From positions 2,604,001-2,668,000 of the forward strand of contig NC_043013.1 of the NCBI RefSeq assembly GCF_006345805.1: a DNA stretch of 64,000 nucleotides, in the 5' to 3' direction. The notes under the pieces are model-generated. The model was not told the DNA's origin and ran no database searches. It worked only from the letters and a program-made list of their open reading frames with translations. This DNA comes from Octopus sinensis. Taxonomy: Eukaryota. The translations under genes were made by a program, and so were the position numbers. Every line of letters starts with the position of its first letter. Positions within the stretch are counted from its first letter, which is position 1. Of the stretch, positions 55,963 through 64,000 are shown piece after piece.

Positions 55963-56205
55963 GTATGTGTGTGTGTGTATATGTTTGTGTGTCTGTATTT
56001 GTCCCCCAAACATCGCTTAACAAAACCGATGCTGGTGTGTTTACGTCCCCGTAACTTAGCGGTTCGGCAAAAAGAGGCCGATAGAATAAATACTAGGTTT
56101 ACAAAGAATAAGTCCTGGAGTCGATTTGCTCGACTAAAAGGCGGTGCTGTAGCATGGCCGCAGTCAAATGACTGAAACAAGTAAAAGAGAAAAAGAGTAA
56201 AGAGT
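55720..56205 (+). mobile_element. SINE family A nested in an older opposite-strand A copy
   Basis: Full head to tail; flanks 55655-55715 and 56210-56330 are the two halves of a minus-strand A copy. Confidence 0.85.
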
Positions 56206-56755
56206 AACTTGACCCAGTGCATATTCTTTTAAGTCTAGTACTTAACTTTATAGGTCTGCTTTTACTTAACCGCTAAGTTACAGGGACATACACAAACCAA
56301 CAGCGGTGTGAACAAATACGAAGACTCATACACATTTATACACATACATACAAAGCAGACTATCTGGCAAGGTCGTTAGTAAGTCGGACGAAATGATCAG
56401 CGGCATCTCTTCCGGCTCATCACATTCTGAGTTCAGCCTTGTGATTTATATGCTCGATGCCATCGACTTGCCCATCCGTTGAAATTGCTGGCCTTGTGCC
56501 AACATTTGAAACAATTATTATTATTATTATTATTATCATTATTATTGGCAGAGTCGTTAGCACACTGGGAAAACTGCTTAGGGGTATTTCGCCCGTCTTT
56601 ACGTTCTGAGTTCAAATTCCGCCGAGGTCGACTTTGCCTTTTCATCCTTTCGGAATCTATTAAATAAGTACCAATTGTGCACTGGGGTCGATGTAATCGA
56701 CATAATCACATCCCCCAGATTTGAGTTCTTGTGCTTCTAGTAGAAAGGGTTGTTG

Positions 56756-56824
<69 letters not shown>

Positions 56825-56830
56825 GTTATT

Positions 56831-58322
56831 GCTTTTGCATGGCTTCTAATGCTGGAGATGTATTACAGTGTCAGCTGTTCACTAACAGTGAACTAAGGTA
56901 ACACTCCTTATTTTTCGAGCACCTTCCGGAATATTCGAGCGGTGCTGTTTTCTGTAAGTGCTCCACCCTTATTGCTCCATGAACTTCTCAAAATTTTTGT
57001 TCACTGTTCCCAGGGCTCCGACAATTATTGGTACTACCAACACCTTTTTCAGCGACCATAACTGCTTAACCTCCCAAGCTAACCTGTTATGCCTATCAAT
57101 TTTCCTTTCTTCCTTATCGCATACCTTGTCATACCTTGGGCATGCTAGATCTATGACCCAGCATAGTTTGCATTCTTTCCCAATTAACACTATGTCTGCT
57201 TTTCTATTCTCTATCTCATGGTTACATTGAATCATAAAATCCCACAGGAACTTTACATTATCATTTCCGATGATACCTTCGGGTTTATGTTCGTACCACT
57301 TTTTTGCTCTGTCAAGTCCATACTTGTTGCAACGTGTCCAATGCACTATCCTTGCTATATTGTCATGACATCTCTTATATTCTTTCAGGGCTAGTAGCGT
57401 ACATTGACTGGTAATCTGCCATACGGTTTCACCATTTTGTTCACAAATTCTGTATTTATCACTTTCTAATGTGTTGTCTATTCCGTATTTGATGTAATTT
57501 GATGTTACGCTTGCTCTTGGGCAGCACAAATTAGAGCTTCCGTTTCCGGCTTTAAATCACTTTTAGTTATCGATAGCCATTTTTTTTTCTCTGTCTGTCT
57601 TATCTTTAACGTCTCTATGAAATTGTCCATGTATTCTTTACTTTATCCACCTATTTTCGGTTTCGTTCATTCTCAAATCCTTGTACAATGTTTTATCTTT
57701 GCAATCTTCTATCCTGCACAAGCCTGACCTTCTTATTTCCAATAATAGCGATTCTGTGGCATTTTTTTTACATACTATTCTATGTTGTGTTTTTTCTGCT
57801 CTTATGCTATGTTCGCATCCAATCAGTCTTATTTCCCCACTTTTTCTTTGTACATACAGTCTGTCTGTGTCACTTTTTGGGTTGAGTATCCCATATCTAG
57901 TCAGCAACTTCCTTGTCTTTCTGTCTAAGCTGTTTAGTTCATCTACTGTAGTTACCCCTGCTCCATATCTAAGGAGCGAAACCGCTCAGGTGTTGATAGC
58001 TTCACACTTATTTCGTCCGTTTAATTTCGACTTAAGAATCAGTCTCAGTCTGCGCAAGTACTCCACCTTAATTTTTTCTGTCATTTCTTTCTCCATCAAT
58101 TTATCCATTTCCAGTATCCCCAAGTACTTATAGCCCGTCTCTTCTATCTGCTTCATGACCTCCCCCGACGGTATTGCTAGCCTGTCCACACATTTGATTT
58201 TGCCACTTTTAAAGACTAACACACCTCATGTTTTCAGTCCGAACTCCATTCTCATATCAGCACTGAAAGTATACACTTTATCAACGAGGGAACTGACTTA
58301 GGATTCATCTTTACTATAAAGT
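56831..58322 (-). mobile_element. R4/Dong-type non-LTR retrotransposon, 5'-truncated, in (TAA)n
   Basis: RT end (DMRMEFGL, GYKYLGILE, YLRRLRLILKSKLNGRN), DTDRLYVQRK, decayed CCHC (RICEQNGETVWQITSQC), REL domain (LWDFMIQ, ADIV, IDLACP, VPIIVGALGTV); TTA repeats on both flanks. Confidence 0.9.
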
Positions 58323-58348
58323 TGTTGTTGTTGTTATTATTATTATTA

Positions 58349-58393
<45 letters not shown>

Positions 58394-58428
58394 TATTATT
58401 ATTATTTATTATTATTATTTTATTATTA

Positions 58429-58460
<32 letters not shown>

Positions 58461-58491
58461 TTATCATTATTATATTATTATTATTATTATT

Positions 58492-58522
<31 letters not shown>

Positions 58523-58670
58523 TATTATTATTATTCATTATCATTATATTATTATTATTGTATTATTATTATTATTATTCTTATTATATTATTAGTATTA
58601 TTATTATTATTATTATTATTATATTTTATTATTATTATTATTATTATTATTATCATTATATTATTATTAT

Positions 58671-58800
58671 TGCTTTTGCCACAGCTTCTAACGCTGGAGA
58701 TGTACTACAGAGTCAGCTGTTCGCTACCAGTGGACTAAGGTAACACTTCTTATTTCTCGAGCACCTTCCGGAGTATTCCAGCGGTTCCAAGCAGTGTTGC
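58671..58800 (-). mobile_element. Second 3'-end copy of the same Dong-type LINE
   Basis: gcttttgcc..gcttctaacgctggagatgta..gagcaccttccgga aligns with 56831-56945. Confidence 0.85.
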
Positions 58801-58811
58801 TAGAGAAGATG

Positions 58812-59685
58812 ATCAATAATAACAAAGGGTAAAATTAATTAATTAATTAAGTAGTAATCAATAATTTCACCAAGTAGAATTCGGCATGAAAAAGGACCAT
58901 TTCACGGTAAACTTAAGTAATACTTTATATTTAGGGTTCAGCAAAGATTTGCTTTACTACAGTTGTTTGTTTTTTCCGGGTGTCCCTTTTTAAAGTAGAG
59001 GAAATAGCTAAGGTTTTTTGGCTGCTATTTCTAAATTTTGCTATGTGGTAAAGCAAATCTTTGCTGAACCCTAATTATAAAGTATTACTTAAGTTTACCG
59101 TGAAAATGTCCTTTTTCATGCCGAATTGTACTTGGTGAAATTATTGATTACTACTTAATTAATTGATTTTACCCTTTGTTATTATTGATAATATAATTTT
59201 CTCCCAGATAATAAACTACAGATTTTTTTCTGTAGTATTTTACTTGACGACAGACGCGGATGGGCAGGGGAGGGTGATGAACCTCATTCGTATATTTTTA
59301 AATTCGGCGGTACTAACGTTGAATATGATCTGTCTGATACGGTTAGTTGGAGAGATATGTTCAATTCTTCCAGTGCCTTTGAATTAAATATTTTTAATAT
59401 TTAATATTGTTGAAGTCCCATGCTGATGAAGAAAATGGTTGGGTAAAGTAGAATTCTATATTCTTTATATATCGATCTAATTCCGAAACGCGTACATGGG
59501 TAATCAAATATCGATTGATTTTCGTTATTTTTCCTCCCTGCTTGCGTGGATTGTTTTCAAGTACTTTGTTTTTTCCGTGAGTCCCCTTTTAAAGTAGAGG
59601 AAATAGCTAAGGATTTTTGGCTGCTACTTTTAAACTTCGGTATGTGGTAAAGCAAATCTTTGCCGAACCCTCAATTATAAAGTAT
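58812..59685 (+). mobile_element. Non-coding Penelope-like pseudo-LTR insert (inverted + direct repeats, hammerhead)
   Basis: Inverted arms 58812-58961 / 59044-59189; direct repeat 58966-59085 / 59565-59685; ends in (AT)n. Confidence 0.8.
59417..59500 (+). ncRNA. Type I hammerhead ribozyme motif
   Basis: CCCATG-CTGATGA-agaa...ttcc-GAAA-CGCG-TA-CATGGG; 6-bp stem I, palindromic minimal stem III, weak stem II. Confidence 0.75.
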
Positions 59686-59800
59686 ATATATATATATATA
59701 TAATTAATCCAAAAATGAACAAAGAGAAAACACAACAATGTGAGGATGTGGAACAAGTATAGTGTTATTGGACGCTCAAGAAAGGAAAGAAAGAAGGAGG

Positions 59801-59835
59801 ATTTGACGTTTCGAGCGGAGCTCTTCGGCTGAAAC
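59801..59835 (-). ncRNA. Decayed minimal hammerhead in an (AT)n-flanked insert (59700-59910)
   Basis: Minus: GTTT-CAGCCGA-A-GAGCtccGCTC-GAAA-CG-TC-AAAT; sister copy at 63057-63150 (+) retains CTGACGA but is truncated before GAAA. Confidence 0.6.
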
Positions 59836-59907
59836 ATAGAAAAAAAAGGTCCAAGGAAGGGAGACGGAGAACTAAAGTCGCCAACGATACACACGCGATC
59901 ACATATT

Positions 59908-59949
<42 letters not shown>

Positions 59950-60464
59950 ATATATATATATAATATATATATATAAACTCTATTATATATTTTGTACTTA
60001 ATATTCGAGAATCCGATGAATCTATAAGATGTTAGTCAGGCACACAGCTATGAGTCCACTGCATCTTGATGGCTTTTCTCCACTTTTCTCCACTTTGGGC
60101 AGTTTTTTCTGCTCAAAATTTGTTTGTTGTGAACTATTATCCATGCTTCTGAAACTTTGCCCTTTTCTTTTTCTATGAAGGGCTGTTGATCCTAAGCAAA
60201 CCCATCTTTACCTCTCGAAAGCGGTGTTCCTTATTAGTCTGGTCGCAACCATTGGGCCTACATGGAGCTGGGTGCATGGCATAACCGTCAGTGACACGCA
60301 AGCTGTCACATAGAAACAAGACTTGGACATTGTAAGAGAGTTGCATCGTGGAACACATTTTGTTAGACTGAATGTTTAAGTACTGCACGTCTGTTTGATA
60401 AAAGCTGGCTCAGGGTCAAACTACAACATCAATATTTAAATTATTACATAAATTTATACATACT

Positions 60465-60640
60465 TGCAGGTGTGGCTGTGTGGTAAGATGTTTACTTCCA
60501 ACCACATAGACCCAGGTTCAGTCCTACTGCGTGGGATTTTGGGCAAGTATCTTCTATGGCTTCGGGCCGACCAATGCCTTTTAAGTGGATTTGGCAGACG
60601 GAAACTCAAAGAATCCTGTCGTATATATATGTATATGTTG

Positions 60641-60675
<35 letters not shown>

Positions 60676-61220
60676 TATATGTATGTGTGTGTTGTGTGGG
60701 TGTGTGTGTGTGTGTGTTGTGTGTGGTGTGTGTGTGTGTGTGGTGTGTGTGTGTGTGGCGTGCGTGTGTGTGTTGCTTGGTGTGTGTTGTTGGTTGTGTC
60801 TGTCGCATAGCACCGCTTTGGTGTGTTTACGTCATGGTAACTTAGCAGTTCAGCAAATGAGGTCGATAGAATAAATACTAGACTTTAAGTAAAAAGTACT
60901 GGGGTCGATTCGTCCGACAAAAAACTTTTTAAGACTGTGCCTTGGCATGGTCGCGGTCAAATGACAGACAAGTAAAATATAAGACATAAACGATATATAC
61001 CGGCTCATGTATAAATAAATGAATAAGTAAATATGTATATATATATATATATATATAGGTGCAGGAGTGGGTGTGTGGTAAGTCGCTTCCTTACCAACTA
61101 CATGGCTCCTGGTTCAGTCCCACTGCGTGGCACCTTGGGCAGGTGTCTTCTGCCAAAGCCTCGGACCGACCAAATCCTTGTGAGTGGATTTGGCAGACGG
61201 AAACTGAAAGAAGCACGTCG

Positions 61221-61254
<34 letters not shown>

Positions 61255-61578
61255 TGTATGTATGTATGTATGTATGTATGTATGTATGTATGTCTGTTAT
61301 GTATGATGTATGTATGTATGTATGTATGTATGTATGTATGTATGTATGTATGTTTGTATGTATGTATGTATGTATGTATGTATGCATGTATGTATGTGTG
61401 TGTATGTGTTTGTGGTTTATGTTTTCCCCCCCAACATCGCTTGGCAACCGATGTTGGTGTGTTTACGACCCCCGTAACTTAGTGGTAACAAGAGTCCGAT
61501 AGAATAAGTATAGGCATACAAAGAATAAGTCCCGAGGTCGATTTTCAAATGATTGAAACAAGTAAGATTAAAGAGTAC
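60465..61578 (+). mobile_element. Two tandem SINE family A copies (60465-60990, 61057-61578)
   Basis: Each has head, expanded microsatellite centre and tail. Confidence 0.8.
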
Positions 61579-61605
61579 AGAGCATGTATATATATATATA
61601 TTATA

Positions 61606-61636
<31 letters not shown>

Positions 61637-62023
61637 ATATATATATACAGGGAAAATTCACAAAAAACAAAAGACGAAAACAGATAGTGTAGACAATAAA
61701 GAGAATCCTTATATATATATCTACAAATAAATGTGCAGTCTTAATATTTAGTTTTCTTGATCCTATTCGCATACATAACACACAGGTGTGGAAATGTGTG
61801 CGTGCGCCTGTGATTGTTTGTGTGTTTAAACAGTGAAATCTAGGTGCACACATGCTAAACGTGTGTGTTTGTATAAACTTGTACATGCGTACGTGTAAGG
61901 GGAACAAAACAAGGTCAGACGCACACACATGTATCTGAGATTTTTGTGCGAGTGAGTGAGTGAGAGACTGAGTGAATGTCGGTGTGTGTACGTATGTAAA
62001 AATATATGAAGGAAAAACAAATC

Positions 62024-62070
<47 letters not shown>

Positions 62071-62490
62071 CATACGCACACGCACGCACGCATGCACGTA
62101 CGCAGAAATACAAATACACATATATATGACTTCATGTCAACCGCTTCTGTCCTCCCACAGTGCAACAGTAATTCTGTGTTAAGTAAATGCTCTTACACAA
62201 CACATTTCCCCACCCTCACCCTCAGTAAAAATTTTATTTGGTTCACTTTCTCATGTTCCACGGTTCTTCCTCTCCCCTCCCCACCTGCCCCTTCCTCTCT
62301 CTTTCCCTGCCACCCCCTTTTATCTCTCTTGTCCTGCTCCTCTCACCGCTACTCACCAAAATTCTGTGTCACTTGCATGTTGATTTTATTGAGCAAATGT
62401 TTTTTAACGCTGCAGCTCAACAAACCAGCGCTTTTGGACTTCAGGAATGCTCTCTCCATTCGTGTTCGTATGTATTTAAGCAGGCATATG

Positions 62491-62528
<38 letters not shown>

Positions 62529-62770
62529 TGTGTGTGTTTGTGTGTGTATTTGTGTGAATATATGTACATGTGAATGTTGTTTGTATGAAAATGGTGGTAT
62601 TGTTTGCTCTGTGTGTGTATACACTGAACTTTGTGTATTTAGGTGTATTCATGTGTTTGTGCGTTTGTATGTGTGTGTACGTGTGTGTGTGTGTGTGCGT
62701 GCGTGCGTGTGTGTGTGTATGTAAGTGAATCTATACAAACATCTACATGCAAACACTGTCACATATAAGT

Positions 62771-62802
<32 letters not shown>

Positions 62803-63013
62803 CTTGCCGTGTTGCGCCATGGAACTCTGCACATTCTTTCTCTCTCCGAGTATTTTTTTCATTCTTTCTCCATTTTCCCCGCTTATTCTTTTCTGTCGAA
62901 GATTCTAGGCTCGAAGCGTAAAAGCCTTTTCTATTTTTCCCGAGCGATAAACCAATACACCTATGTGTTCTTACACCTGTTTCCGTCTGTTGTTTACTGT
63001 AAATTGAACTATC

Positions 63014-63057
<44 letters not shown>

Positions 63058-63264
63058 TGGACCGCGTGTGTACCGTTGGCGATTTTTGTCCTCCCGTTCT
63101 TCATTTTGGATCTTTCTTTTTCCTATGTTTCTGACGAAGAGCTCCACTCTGTGTTTGTGTGTGCATTAATATTTCGCCTAGGCATTGCGATGCTAACAAC
63201 TTGCTTATAGAACTCAATATACATGAGCTTCACAATAAAACGTTAGTTGAGAAAAAAGCGGTTA

Positions 63265-63682
63265 TAAGAAAATTTCATGACAAAGGAATAAGCGATTGTG
63301 TTACGAACTTCATTTGTTCACAGCTGTTTCTGCTACAAGACACAATTGACACATAGTTCAGTGCCTAAATATCGTCTTATAGCTTCACCGGAGCTTGTAA
63401 CATGCAGTACAATTTATATGGGAAAACATTTACATTTACGTATACACAAAGAAAAGCATTACCAATGAAAAAGCAGACACATTTGTAACGATTTTCTGTG
63501 TATATATACATAAATGTGAATGTTTTCCTAAATACATTGCACGTCATGTTTCAAGCTCCGATGAATCTATAAGGTGATACTCAGGCACTTATGTATGAGC
63601 GCATAGCATCTTACAGCAGAAATAGCTGTGAGCTAATGAAGTTGATAAGATAGTTCTTTATTTTTTTGTCATCTCAATTTCT
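63265..63682. repeat. Diverged ~200-bp-arm palindrome (foldback MITE-like)
   Basis: e.g. aacttcatttgttcacagctgtttctgct vs agcagaaatagctgtgagctaatgaagtt; ccggagcttgtaacatg vs catgtttcaagctccg; centre ~63474. Confidence 0.75.
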
Positions 63683-63704
63683 GTGTGTGTGTGTCGGTAA
63701 TACA

Positions 63705-63815
63705 AGGCTTACGTCACCTGTAGTGACGCCATTTTGGAAGTCTTCAGCGCGCATGTGCAGATTTGGATTTCTTCCGGGAGGCCGCCGGAAGTTCCCTCAT
63801 GCGCATGCGCAGAGA
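63705..63815. promoter_or_regulatory. CpG-rich housekeeping-promoter-like motif cluster
   Basis: TTACGTCA (CRE-like, 63709), CGCCATTTTG (YY1, 63727), CTTCCGG and CCGGAAGT (ETS, 63771 and 63785), TGCGCATGCGCA (NRF1, 63800). Confidence 0.55.
63713..63732 (-). CDS. Candidate first coding exon (MASLQVT...) of an unidentified gene
   Basis: Minus: caaaATGGCGTCACTACAGGTGAC|GTAAGC; good Kozak context plus donor site, immediately downstream of the ETS/NRF1 sites. Confidence 0.3.
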
Positions 63816-63963
63816 ACTAGCAATAGCAAGGTTTCCTGCTGTATCAATCTCTCTCGAAGAGGACACCGAATTGAACAGACGTGTTCTCACATCCGTCCTC
63901 AAGCTGCTAACACGTGGCGAAGCTTGAGGACGGATGTATGTATGTATGTATGTATGTATGTGT

Positions 63964-64000
<37 letters not shown>

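Noticed and set aside
61972-62724. 250-aa ORF
   Set aside because: Open because of (CA)n/(TG)n tracts; no recognisable protein

Overview
Eukaryotic, AT-rich, microsatellite-saturated genomic DNA. The SINE families point to a coleoid cephalopod, probably Octopus; this is recall-based inference, not a search. No intact protein-coding gene is supported: almost all supplied ORFs are microsatellite or SINE read-throughs. The window is a mosaic of tRNA-derived SINEs, decayed R4/Dong-type (REL-endonuclease) LINEs lodged in (TAA)n, RTE remnants, hAT/Buster, mariner and MULE remnants and MITEs, Helentron-like elements, a histone H4 pseudogene, a degenerate 30-bp minisatellite and a 100-N gap. The most striking structure not explained by the ORF track is a set of non-coding Penelope-like/retrozyme-type inserts in (AT)n tracts carrying type I hammerhead ribozyme motifs. 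One motif is apparently intact (8123-8229, minus strand) and sits inside a direct-plus-inverted pseudo-LTR arrangement. A CpG-rich promoter-like motif cluster with a candidate first coding exon (minus strand) lies at the right end, so the window may be largely intronic.
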